From positions 2,208,001-2,272,000 of the forward strand of contig OZ244720.1 of NCBI GenBank assembly GCA_965219085.1: a stretch of 64,000 nucleotides of DNA, given 5' to 3'. The stretch is from Dehalococcoidia bacterium (lineage in GTDB: Bacteria > Chloroflexota > Dehalococcoidia > UBA2979). The notes under the pieces were generated by a model that had not been told where the DNA came from, did no database searches, and saw only the letters and a list, made by a program, of their open reading frames with translations. How positions within the stretch are numbered: position 1 is the first letter of the stretch; each line of letters opens with the position of its first letter. Shown here in pieces: positions 29,728 through 38,910 of this stretch. The position numbers and the translations under genes were made by a program.

Positions 29728-31614
29728 CTACTTGTCGAGCCAGACGTTGAACGCCTCGTACCCCGTGTCGAGGTAGAAGTGTCCGCTGGCGGGCCCGCGG
29801 ATGTAGCGGAGGGCGCGCACCCACGGCTGCTGCAGTATCGCGCTGTACCCGCTGGCCTTCTCGATGCGGTACATCTGGTCCAGCACCTTGTTCCAGACGT
29901 TACGGGCGAGCTCCGTCCGCGCCTCGGGGTCGAGTTCGACCTGGTGCTGCGAGGCCCAGACGTCGATCTCCGGGTCGTTGATGCGGTTGCGGTTGCCGCT
30001 CGACTCCGAGTGGTTCAGGCCGTACACGAAATGATCGGCGAACGCGGCCTGACTGGCCCAGCCGTCGTACGCGTCGGTGGTGCCCGAACGCGTGGTCCAC
30101 TGCGAGTTGTACTCGTTGTAGTCGCGGCTGAGCAGGTTGAGCGTGACACCGATCCTGCTGAACTGGTCCAGCAGCACCTCGTCCGGAAGGGTGTTCCCGA
30201 CATTGCTGTAGTTGTAGTACATCATGTCGAACTCGAGGTCGGAGGCGCCGGCCGCGTCGAGCAGCTTCTTCGCCTCGTCGGGGTCGTAGCGCCACCACTT
30301 GCCGAGCACCCCGGACTCGGGTGTCGGCTCGTCCTCCCAGAAGAACCGCCAGTCCATCTGCGGCAGGATCACGCCCCCGCCCGAGTAGATGATGTCGAGC
30401 ATCTCCTCGCGGTCGTAGGCGAGCGAGAGCGCACGCCGGATGCGCACGTCCTCCCAGCGCGACAGGTCCATGTTGAAGTTGATCGCGAACGTCGACGCGA
30501 ACAGCGGGTACGAGAAGTACTGCGTGTCCGGGTTCGTCTCCAGGATCTTCTCGAGGTCGTCGGAGGTAGCTGCCGAGAGCCCATAGTCGTGCCGCCCGAC
30601 CCGGAACTGCGCCTCGGCGGCGGCCAGGTCGAGCACGAACGGCAGCTCCCAGCGGTCGATCTTGACCGGGCCCCGGAAGTAGTCCGGGTTCTTGTCGAAG
30701 GCGCCGCCGACGCCTCCCGTCCAGTCGTCGAGGATCATCGGGCCGGTGCCGATCGCCCTCGTTATGATCTCCCCGCTATCGACCAGTTCCGGCCCGTGGA
30801 CCGTGCTGAACGCGGTCGCGAGCGGGAAGATGAAGTCCGGCGTTGGCTGCTTGAGCGTGATCACCAGCGTCGCGGCGTCGGGCGCTTCGATCGAGGTGAC
30901 GTGCAGGAAGTTCGAGCGGTGCGGGCTTCCCTTCTCGGAGTAGCGGTCGAACGAGAACTTCGCGTCCTGTGCGGTCAGTTCACGCCCGTTCACCGGGGGG
31001 ATGTTCTGGAACTTGACGCCCGGCTGTATGTGGAAGGTGTACGTGAGCCCGTCCTCGGAGACCTCCCAGGACTCGGCGAGTTCCGGCACGAGGTCGTTGC
31101 GGGCGTATGGATCGGAGTCCCATCCGCTGTAGACGCCGATCACGCGGTTGTAGACCGCGTTGACTCCCGTCATCGTCCCGCCGGCCGCGGCAATGGCCGG
31201 GTCGAGCGGGCCGGGGTCGAAGGTGAAGCGCTGCACGAGCGTGCCGCCGAACTTCGGTTCCTTGTCGGGCTCCTCGATCTGCCACGGCACGAAGCGCCCG
31301 GCTGCGGTGGTGAAGCCCGTCGCCCGCTCGATCGTGGCGACGGTGTCCTCGGCCGCCACCGTCGCGGCCGGCTCCGCCGTGTCGTCCGTGGCGTCATCGT
31401 CGGCGTCCGAAGCCGCCTCGCTCGTGGTAGTCGTGGTCGTAGTGGTCGTCGTCGTGGTGCTGCTGCCCGCGTCGTCATCATCGTCGCCACGGCAGCCGAC
31501 GAGCGCCGCGGCGGCCAGGCCAAGGCCGCCGAGGATCCCGCCGCGCAGCAGCGCCCGCCGATGGAGTGTGAACGCGAACGGTTCCCGGAGTGTTGGGTCT
31601 GAGTGGTCTGTCAC
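29728..31614 (-). CDS. Family 5 ABC substrate-binding protein, Tat lipoprotein (array copy D)
   Basis: RRALLRGG...AAALVGC; same core motifs. Confidence 0.9.
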   Translation of the reverse strand: MTDHSDPTLREPFAFTLHRRALLRGGILGGLGLAAAALVGCRGDDDDDAGSSTTTTTTTTTTTTSEAASDADDDATDDTAEPAATVAAEDTVATIERATGFTTAAGRFVPWQIEEPDKEPKFGGTLVQRFTFDPGPLDPAIAAAGGTMTGVNAVYNRVIGVYSGWDSDPYARNDLVPELAESWEVSEDGLTYTFHIQPGVKFQNIPPVNGRELTAQDAKFSFDRYSEKGSPHRSNFLHVTSIEAPDAATLVITLKQPTPDFIFPLATAFSTVHGPELVDSGEIITRAIGTGPMILDDWTGGVGGAFDKNPDYFRGPVKIDRWELPFVLDLAAAEAQFRVGRHDYGLSAATSDDLEKILETNPDTQYFSYPLFASTFAINFNMDLSRWEDVRIRRALSLAYDREEMLDIIYSGGGVILPQMDWRFFWEDEPTPESGVLGKWWRYDPDEAKKLLDAAGASDLEFDMMYYNYSNVGNTLPDEVLLDQFSRIGVTLNLLSRDYNEYNSQWTTRSGTTDAYDGWASQAAFADHFVYGLNHSESSGNRNRINDPEIDVWASQHQVELDPEARTELARNVWNKVLDQMYRIEKASGYSAILQQPWVRALRYIRGPASGHFYLDTGYEAFNVWLDK

Positions 31615-31893
31615 TGCGCGTCCTCCCCTGGCGGGAGTCGTCGCACCGGCCCCCACCCGTGTGTGCAAGCGTCGCCAGCCACCACTGCTCTGCCAACGCA
31701 TCGGTCGCGACGGCCGGATCGCGGTCGGAGAATAACACAGGCCCATGGTGACAACGGCGGGACCGCGAAGGCGCGTGCGCACGCCGCGTGCGGCAGTGGA
31801 CCGCCGCCCCGCAGCCGAGGTGGGCGTCGAAGGCGAACGAAGGGGCGGCGCCTCGCGACGCCGCCCCTCGTGGTATCTGCCCTGGTTCGCTCG

Positions 31894-33783
31894 CTACTTG
31901 TCGATCCAGGCGTTGAACGCTTCGTAGCCGGTGTCGAGGTACTGGTGGCCGCTGCCGACCTGGCGGCTGGCGCGCACGGCGCGCACCCACGGCTGCTGCA
32001 GGTACGCGCTGTACCCGCTCGTCTTCTCGATGCGGTACATCTGGTCGAGCACCTTGTTCCAGACGTTGCGCGCCAACTCGGTGCGCGTTTCCGGATCGAG
32101 CTCGACCTGGTGCTGCGCCGCCCAGGCGTCGATCTCGGGGTCGTTGATGCGGTTGCGGTTGCCGCCCGACTCCGAGTGGTTGAGCCCGTACACGTAGTGG
32201 TCGGCCGTCGGGTTGAACGAGGCCCAGCCGTCGAAGGACTCGGACTCGCCGGAGCGGGTCGTCCACTGCGAGTTGTACTCGGTGTAGTCGACGGCCTTCG
32301 GGTGGAGGGTCACGCCGATCCGGCGGAACTGGTCGAGCAGCACCTCGTTCTGGAGGCTGTTCGCGACGTTGCTGTAGTTGAAGTAGACGAGGTCGAACTC
32401 GAGCTCCTCCTCGCCCGCCGCGGCGAGCAGCTTCTTCGCCTCGTCCGGGTCGTAGCGCCACCACTTGCCGAGCGTGCCGCTGTCCGGCGACGGCTCCTCC
32501 TCCCAGAAGAAGCGCCAGTCCATCTGCGGCAGCACGATGCCCGCGCCCGAGTAGATGATGTCGAGCAGTTCCTGGCGGTCGTACGCCAGGGAGAGCCCGC
32601 GCCGGATGCGCTCGTCCTGCCACCTCGGCAAGTCGAGGTTGAAGTTCAGCGCGAACGTCGAGGCGAAGATCGGGGTCGAGAAGAACTGCGCGTCCGGGTT
32701 CGTCTCGAGGATGTTCTCCAGCTCCTGGGACGTCTGGGCCGACAGTCCGTAGTCGTGGTTGCCGACGCGGAACTGAGCCTGGGCCGCAGCGGCGTCGAGC
32801 ACCAGCGGCAGGTCAAAGCGGTCGATCTTGACCGGGCCGCGGAAGTAGTCGGGGTTCTTGTCGAACGCGCCGCCCTCGCCGGAGGTCCAGTGGTCGAGGA
32901 TCATCGGCCCAGTGCCGATCGCCCTCGTCAGGATCTCCCCGCTATCGACCAGTTCCGGCCCGTGGACGGTGGTGTACGCCGTCGCGAGCGGGAAGATGAA
33001 GTCCGGCGTCGGCTGCTTCAACGTGATCACGACCGTCGCGTCGTCGACCGCCTCGGTCGAGGCCACCTGCAGGAAGTACGAGCGGTGCGGGCTGCCGGTC
33101 TCCGAGTAGCGATCGAACGAGAACTTGACGTCGCTGGCGACGAGGTTGCGGCCGTTCAGCGGCGGGATGTTCTGGAACTTCACGTCCGGGTGGAGGTGGA
33201 ACGTGTACGCCAGCCCGTCCTCGGATATCTCCCAGGACTCCGCCAGCTCGGGCACGAGGTCGTTGCGGGCGTACGGGTCGGAGTCCCATCCGCTGTAGAC
33301 GCCGAGCACGTGGTTGTAGACCGCGTTCACACCCGACAGCGTCCCGCCCGCCGAGGCGATCGCCGGGTCGAGCGGGCCGGGGTTGAGCGTGAACCGATGC
33401 GTCAGCGTGCCGCCGAACTTCGGCGGCTTGTCCGGCTCCGGGATCTGGAACGGGACGAAGCGCCCGGCCTCGGTGGTGAAGCCCTGCGCGCGCTCGATCG
33501 TGGCGACCGTGTCCTCGTCCTCGACCGTCGCGGCCGGCGCCGCCTCTTCATCGTCGTCTTCCGTCGTGTCAGCGGCTGCCGCCGCCTGTGTGGCCGTGGC
33601 CGCCGGAGTCGTGGCGGTGGTCTCCTCCCCGTCGTCGTCGTCGTCGTCATCGCCGCCGCGGCAGCCGATCAGTGCGGCAGCCGCCAGGCCGAGGCCGCCG
33701 ACGAGTCCGCCTCGCAGCAGCGTTCGGCGGGTGACGAGGTTCGCGAAGCGATCCTCCAGGTTCGCGTCTGAGTGTTCTGGCAT
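31894..33783 (-). CDS. Family 5 ABC substrate-binding protein, Tat lipoprotein (array copy E, most divergent)
   Basis: TRRTLLRGG...AAALIGC; same core motifs; ATG 33783 with AGGAAGGA RBS. Confidence 0.9.
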   Translation of the reverse strand: MPEHSDANLEDRFANLVTRRTLLRGGLVGGLGLAAAALIGCRGGDDDDDDDGEETTATTPAATATQAAAAADTTEDDDEEAAPAATVEDEDTVATIERAQGFTTEAGRFVPFQIPEPDKPPKFGGTLTHRFTLNPGPLDPAIASAGGTLSGVNAVYNHVLGVYSGWDSDPYARNDLVPELAESWEISEDGLAYTFHLHPDVKFQNIPPLNGRNLVASDVKFSFDRYSETGSPHRSYFLQVASTEAVDDATVVITLKQPTPDFIFPLATAYTTVHGPELVDSGEILTRAIGTGPMILDHWTSGEGGAFDKNPDYFRGPVKIDRFDLPLVLDAAAAQAQFRVGNHDYGLSAQTSQELENILETNPDAQFFSTPIFASTFALNFNLDLPRWQDERIRRGLSLAYDRQELLDIIYSGAGIVLPQMDWRFFWEEEPSPDSGTLGKWWRYDPDEAKKLLAAAGEEELEFDLVYFNYSNVANSLQNEVLLDQFRRIGVTLHPKAVDYTEYNSQWTTRSGESESFDGWASFNPTADHYVYGLNHSESGGNRNRINDPEIDAWAAQHQVELDPETRTELARNVWNKVLDQMYRIEKTSGYSAYLQQPWVRAVRASRQVGSGHQYLDTGYEAFNAWIDK

Positions 33784-33993
33784 GTTCGGTCCTTCCTGGC
33801 CGGGGCATGCGCGTGCCCCCGCCCGGTGTCTTACCAGCGATACGTGCAGGGTCGCCGTGAGGTTTGGTGACATGGCGGCCGCCAGGGTCGCATCGCCTTG
33901 GCGGCATCATAGCAGCGCATGTAAGGGTCAATCGGCGATCGTTGTGCCCAGCCCCTCCGCGGGACTGGGGGATCGACCCCCGGAGGGGAGGTA

Positions 33994-34785
33994 CTACGCG
34001 ACGAACGCGCGGACCAGTGCGGCCACCTCCGACGACCGCTCGACCTCGACCATGTGCCCGGCGCCCTCGACCACCTCGAGGCGGGCGTTGGGGAGGGCTT
34101 CGGCGTACTGGCGGCCGACGCTCGTCGGGACCACGCCGTCCTCGCCGCCCCACACAAGCAGCGTCGGCGTGTCCACCTCGGCGAGGAGGTATGGGAGGCG
34201 CCAGTCCCACATGTACGGCTTCCACGTCAGGCGCGCGGTCATCTCGCGGCTGAAGTCCCACAGCTCGCGCGTCGCGGCGTCCGGCTGCTCGCCGAACTCC
34301 GCCTCGAACGCCGCCTGGTCCGCGAAGCAGGCACGCACGTAGACCGCGTGGGCCAGCATCATCTGGTCGAGGATCTCACCCTCGTCGGGCTTGATCCCCG
34401 GCGCGCCGATGAGCACGAGCCGCTCGAAGCGCTGCTGTTGCAGCACGGCCAACTCGGCCGCAACCCACCCGCCGAACCCAAGCCCCACGACGGTGACACG
34501 GTCGAGGCCGAGCCGGTCGAGGGCGCGGTGCAGCAGGATCGCGAGGTCACGCGGCTCACGCGCCCACTCCGGGCGGTCGGACTGCCCGTAGCCCGGCAGG
34601 TCGGGGACGATCACGCGCCCACCGCCGCTCAGCGCCTCGTGGAAGGGTAGCCAGCCGGGGTTGCCCGTCGAGCGGTGCAGCACCAGCAGCGGGGTTGCCG
34701 CGCCGGCGCCGGCTTCCAGGTACTGCACGCGCAGCCCTGCCACCTCGACGGCGGCTTCCGTCCATGTTGTGTTCGAGGTCGTCAT
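33994..34785 (-). CDS. Alpha/beta fold hydrolase
   Basis: PDLPGYGQS, VGLGFGG elbow (canonical Ser absent), PTLLVWGGED, GAGH. Confidence 0.85.
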   Translation of the reverse strand: MTTSNTTWTEAAVEVAGLRVQYLEAGAGAATPLLVLHRSTGNPGWLPFHEALSGGGRVIVPDLPGYGQSDRPEWAREPRDLAILLHRALDRLGLDRVTVVGLGFGGWVAAELAVLQQQRFERLVLIGAPGIKPDEGEILDQMMLAHAVYVRACFADQAAFEAEFGEQPDAATRELWDFSREMTARLTWKPYMWDWRLPYLLAEVDTPTLLVWGGEDGVVPTSVGRQYAEALPNARLEVVEGAGHMVEVERSSEVAALVRAFVA

Positions 34786-34803
34786 TGGCGCGCCCCGCCC
34801 GTG

Positions 34804-36123
34804 CTAGTCGACGCTGCCGCGCGGCGGGTCGAAGTCGTACGGGCCGGGCAGGTTGAGGTCCTCGCCGATCTTGCGCATCGGCGGGAGCACGCGTTCGCCC
34901 ATGAGGGTGAGGCTGCTCATCGCGTCCTCGTGCGACATCGCGCCGTCGCCGTCCCACAGGAACACGGTGCCAAGCTGCAGCGTCTCGACCACGTGGCGCA
35001 GGCGCTCGATCACCGTCTCCGGGGAGCCGACGATGATGTTGTAGCGCTCGATCTGCTTGTCGTAGCTGCCGGAGAAGTCACGCTCGGCCTCGGGCACGCG
35101 TGGCTGGACCGGCTTCGGCTCGGCTTCGGCGACGCCGCGCGCCTTTGCCTGGGCGCGGTCGCGGCGCATCGGCAGCATGTCGCCCTTGCGGGGGCTGAGC
35201 CCGGGCAGGCTCTGGAGGTGCTGGCGAACTTCGCCCTGGTTGCCCTCGATGAACGGGTTCGACGGCCCCTGTAGGTACTTCCGCCCGATCTCGTAGGCCT
35301 GCTGGTCGGATTCCTCGACGTGGACCTTGAGGACGTAGCCGAAGTGCTCGGGGCCGGCCTCGTAGCCGACGTTCGAGGCGCACTCGCGGTAGTAGTCGAA
35401 GGATTCGCTGACGGCCTCGAGTTCGCCGCCGAGCATGATGTACGGGTAGCGGTGCTCGGCGGCCCAGCGCAGCGTGTTCTTGCTGAGCGTGCCGGGGATC
35501 CAGATCGGCGGGTGCGGCCGCTGCATCGGTCGCGACCATGGGTTTACGTAACGGTACTGGAAGTGCTTGCCCTCCCAGCGGAACGGGCCGTCGGTCGTCC
35601 AGGTCTTGATCACGAAGTCGTGCGCCTCCTGGAAGCGCTCCCAGTTGAACGGCGACTGCGCGTTGTGGGCCACGCTCTCGCGGCCCGTGCCTCGCACCCA
35701 GCCGGGCACGAGGCGGCCGCCGGAGATGAGGTCGATCTCCGCGAGCTCCTCGGCGAGCCACATCGGGTCCTCCCAGATCGGGAGGACGTTGCCGAGCAGC
35801 ACGATCTTCGCCTTCTTCGTGATGCGGGCGAGTATGGCGGCCTCGACGTTAATGGCGCCGCCCATGCAGAACAGGCTGGCGTGGTGCTCGTTGAGCATCA
35901 GCCCGTCGAAGCCCATCTCCTCGGCGTAGACCTTCTCGTCCAGGTAGCGGTTGTAGAGCTGGTGGGCGACGCGCGGGTTGTAGAGCCCGTTGCTCGTCCC
36001 GAGGTCGATCACGCCGGGCCCGCTGCCGGGTGCGAAGAGCTGACCGCCCTCGGTGAGGAACGCGCCGGAGATACCGGCGTCGGCATCCTGGTAGGGGCGT
36101 TCGGTGAAGTAGCCAAAGAACAC
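34804..36123 (-). CDS. LLM class flavin-dependent oxidoreductase
   Basis: AEEMGFDGLMLNEHH, LAEELAEIDLISGGRL, PMQRPHPPIW, GSPETV. Confidence 0.92.
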   Translation of the reverse strand: MFFGYFTERPYQDADAGISGAFLTEGGQLFAPGSGPGVIDLGTSNGLYNPRVAHQLYNRYLDEKVYAEEMGFDGLMLNEHHASLFCMGGAINVEAAILARITKKAKIVLLGNVLPIWEDPMWLAEELAEIDLISGGRLVPGWVRGTGRESVAHNAQSPFNWERFQEAHDFVIKTWTTDGPFRWEGKHFQYRYVNPWSRPMQRPHPPIWIPGTLSKNTLRWAAEHRYPYIMLGGELEAVSESFDYYRECASNVGYEAGPEHFGYVLKVHVEESDQQAYEIGRKYLQGPSNPFIEGNQGEVRQHLQSLPGLSPRKGDMLPMRRDRAQAKARGVAEAEPKPVQPRVPEAERDFSGSYDKQIERYNIIVGSPETVIERLRHVVETLQLGTVFLWDGDGAMSHEDAMSSLTLMGERVLPPMRKIGEDLNLPGPYDFDPPRGSVD

Positions 36124-36162
36124 GGTGGCCTCCTCGAGGGCTGCGTCCGGGATGCGCGGAGT

Positions 36163-36423
36163 CTACTCCAGCGGAGCTGTGGTGCGGATGCACTCGGCGC
36201 GTCTGGCGCGGCCCCACGCCGTCCGCAACTCCGCCCGGTGCAGCGAAGCCCACTCGATCACAAGTCCGCGTGCCCGGAGTGGAAGGCGCCCGGATAGCAG
36301 ATCCAGGCTCTCGATCTCAATGGTGGCCGGGTGCTCGCCATAGCGGGCATGGAAGTGTGGCGGGGCGTGGTCGTTGAAGTACATCCGGACGACAATCCCG
36401 TAGAAGTGGCAGAGTTCAGGCAT
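36163..36423 (-). CDS. DUF4160 domain protein (putative toxin)
   Basis: MPELCHFYGIVVRMYFNDHAPPHFHARYGE...VIEWASLHRAEL..AW. Confidence 0.85.
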   Translation of the reverse strand: MPELCHFYGIVVRMYFNDHAPPHFHARYGEHPATIEIESLDLLSGRLPLRARGLVIEWASLHRAELRTAWGRARRAECIRTTAPLE

Positions 36424-36706
36424 CGTCCACCGGGCCATGGACGCCCGGCATGATTTGCTCGACGGTCTTTCCGGTGAGCTGGAGGTAGAGCGCGTCGGGA
36501 CAGAGTTCGATGTCCTCGCCCCAGGCGATGGCATCGTGCGGGGCGATGCGCACTGCTTCGAAGAAGGCGCGGTCACTCCACGCCTGGAACACACCCCGAC
36601 CCGCGAGGTCGGACAGGTCGACTTCGCCGTTGGACCCGTCCTCGTACCGCATCCAGATGCGGTACCCCTGGCGGGGTTCCACCGTGGTAGGCCGGACTAC
36701 TGCCAT
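36416..36706 (-). CDS. DUF2442 domain protein (putative antitoxin)
   Basis: YRIWMRYEDGSNGEVDL, GVF, IAWGEDIELCPDALY. Confidence 0.85.
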   Translation of the reverse strand: MAVVRPTTVEPRQGYRIWMRYEDGSNGEVDLSDLAGRGVFQAWSDRAFFEAVRIAPHDAIAWGEDIELCPDALYLQLTGKTVEQIMPGVHGPVDDA

Positions 36707-37443
36707 GCTGCCCCCAGGATCCGTCGCCGCTGGCAATGAGTCTAGCTGGGTGCTGAAAAAGGCGCGGCCATCTGGCAGGATAGCGAAGGCGGCGGGGGCG
36801 TAGCCTGGGAGGCAGCCCCGTGCGAGGCGACGCTGAGCGTCAGACCAACATGTTGCTGGCGGTGACGCCGGACTCCTTCATCCCGGACGACCACCCGATC
36901 CGACGCATCAAACCGATCGTCGATGCCGCGCTGCAGCGGCTCTCGCCGCTGTTCGGCACGATGTACGCAACGAGCGGGCGGCCCTCGATCCCGCCCGAGC
37001 ACCTGCTCAAGGCGAGCCTGCTGATCGCGCTCTACTCGGTGCGCAGCGAGCGCCAGTTCTGCGAGCGGCTGCGCTACGACCTGCTCTTCAAGTGGTTCTT
37101 GGACCTCAACATCTCAGACGCGCCGTTCGACGCCTCGAGCTTCTCGAAGAACCGCGAGCGCCTGCTCGCAGCCGATGTCGCGCGCGCCTTCTTCGCCGAG
37201 GTGGTGGCCGAGGCAAAGCGCCGCCGGCTGCTCTCCGCCGAGCACTTCACGGTGGACGGGACGCTGCTCGAGGCCTGGGCCTCGCTCAAGAGCTACCGCC
37301 CGCGCGACGAGCAGGAGCCACCCCTGGGCGGACGCAACCCGGATGTCGACTTCCGCGGGCGGCGGCGCAGCCGCGATACGCATGTTTCTGCGACCGACCC
37401 GGAGGCGCGGCTGTACACGAAGACACCCCAGGACGCTAAGGGG

Positions 37444-38667
37444 TCAAGCAGCGAGGTCCTCGTGGGTGTAACGGTGTCCCCAGGCGGTCGTCTCGTCGTA
37501 GGGCAAGCGGCGCTTCAGGCAGCCATGTAGGTAGCCGACGAGACGGTTGCCGAGGGCGCGGAGCGCCTGGTGGTGGAGGTCGCCCGCGGCGCGCCGCCGA
37601 TCGTAGAACTCGCGGCAGCCGGGGCTGGCCTGCAGGGAGCACAGCGCCCACTGGTCGACTGCGTCGTAGAGGCGCCGGTTGCGGACGAAGCGGGCTTTCA
37701 CGGTGTGCTTGCGGCCGGATGCTACCGTCAGCGGCGACGTGCCGGCGTAGTTCCTGCGGGACTTCGCCGACTCGTAGCGTTCGGGGTCATCCCCGAACTC
37801 GCCAAGCACCCGGGCGCCGAGGACCACGCCGAGACCGGGCAGGGAACGGTAGATACCGGCGTCCGGGTGCTGCTCAAAATGGCTCGCGAGCTCGGCCTCG
37901 AGCTCCTTGATCTGACGGTTGATCTCGCCGATCACCCTCATTGCCGCACTGGTGCTCGCGGCGAATGCCTTGCTCACCGCGGGCGGAGCCTCGAGCTGCG
38001 GTGAGCGCAGCGCGTCGCGGACCTCGGCGGCGCGCCGCTCGATGTTGCGCCGGCGGCCGCCGCGGCGCAGCGCGGAGCGGATCTGGGTGATGCTCAGCCG
38101 CGCCGCCTCGCGCGGGCCAGGCGCTGTCGCCAGCACGCCCACCGCGTCGTCGTGCGCGAGGTCGGGGAAGGCCTCCAGCGCACCCGGAAAGTACTCCCTG
38201 AGCGCGTTGCGCAGCCGGTTGGTCTGGCGGACGCGGTCCCAGATCAACTGCTGGTGGGCGCGGGCGAGGATGCGCACCGCGGCGGCTTCGTCGCTGTCGC
38301 CGGCGACCTCCCGGTGGTTGTGCCGGTCGGTGCGGACGAGGTCGGCGAGCAGCTTCGCGTCGCCGGCGTCGGACTTGGCGCCGCCGACGTGGTGGCGGTC
38401 GCGGTAACGCGACGCCGAGCGCGGGTTGATGGCGTAGACGTGGTAGCCGGCCGCGAGCAGTGCCGCGACCCAGGGGCCGCGGTCCGTCTCGATGCCGACG
38501 ATCACCTCACCCGGCCCTGAGGCGTACCCGGCGACCAGTCCGTGCAGGGCAGTGATGCCCTCCACCCCTTCGGGCAGACGCCGGGCGGCGAGCCGCTCGC
38601 CCGCGTCGTTCATGAGATGGACGTCGTGGTGGTCTTCGGACCAGTCATCGCCCAGGTACAAGGCCAT
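37444..38667 (-). CDS. IS110 family recombinase (DEDD RuvC-like plus Tnp domain)
   Basis: LGDDWSEDHHD, GIE, KSDAGDA, LPGLG, YAGTSP...ASG. Confidence 0.93.
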   Translation of the reverse strand: MALYLGDDWSEDHHDVHLMNDAGERLAARRLPEGVEGITALHGLVAGYASGPGEVIVGIETDRGPWVAALLAAGYHVYAINPRSASRYRDRHHVGGAKSDAGDAKLLADLVRTDRHNHREVAGDSDEAAAVRILARAHQQLIWDRVRQTNRLRNALREYFPGALEAFPDLAHDDAVGVLATAPGPREAARLSITQIRSALRRGGRRRNIERRAAEVRDALRSPQLEAPPAVSKAFAASTSAAMRVIGEINRQIKELEAELASHFEQHPDAGIYRSLPGLGVVLGARVLGEFGDDPERYESAKSRRNYAGTSPLTVASGRKHTVKARFVRNRRLYDAVDQWALCSLQASPGCREFYDRRRAAGDLHHQALRALGNRLVGYLHGCLKRRLPYDETTAWGHRYTHEDLAA

Positions 38668-38679
38668 CGTGTTTCAGTT

Positions 38680-38910
38680 CCTCTCCCGCTTCGCGCTGCT
38701 CGGTGCGACCCGGCGGGTTGGTTCCTGCGACGGCCTAATGGATCAGTGCTCGATGGCACGACACCCCATGAGTGCTGCAGAACAACCCGGAATACCAGCA
38801 GGGGCTCGGTCTTCGTGAAGCGGTCCAGAAGCCGCAGGGATCAGCTGAGAGCTCACCGGCTGGCAGGGTCCAGAACCAGTCTGCCAGAGAACCTCTGGCC
38901 GCTGGTCGGG
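38680..38910 (-). ncRNA. Putative IS110 bridge RNA (ends approximate)
   Basis: Contains target guides GATCCCT (38836-38842) and CACGAAG (38811-38817) and donor guides TGGGGTGTC (38760-38768) and CCATTAG (38735-38741); each pair flanks a small stem. Confidence 0.8.

Noticed and set aside
23200-31900. Regularly recurring palindromic repeats as a possible CRISPR array
   Set aside because: Spacing is about 2.1 kb, with whole genes between copies and no cas genes; they are parts of duplicated gene units.
23257-33783. Diversity-generating retroelement behind the array variation
   Set aside because: No reverse transcriptase in the window, and the differences are not visibly adenine-specific.
36820-37530. 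Complete 236-aa transposase as listed in the ORF track
   Set aside because: Residues after LYTK are read from the inserted IS110; the true C-terminus resumes at 38920.
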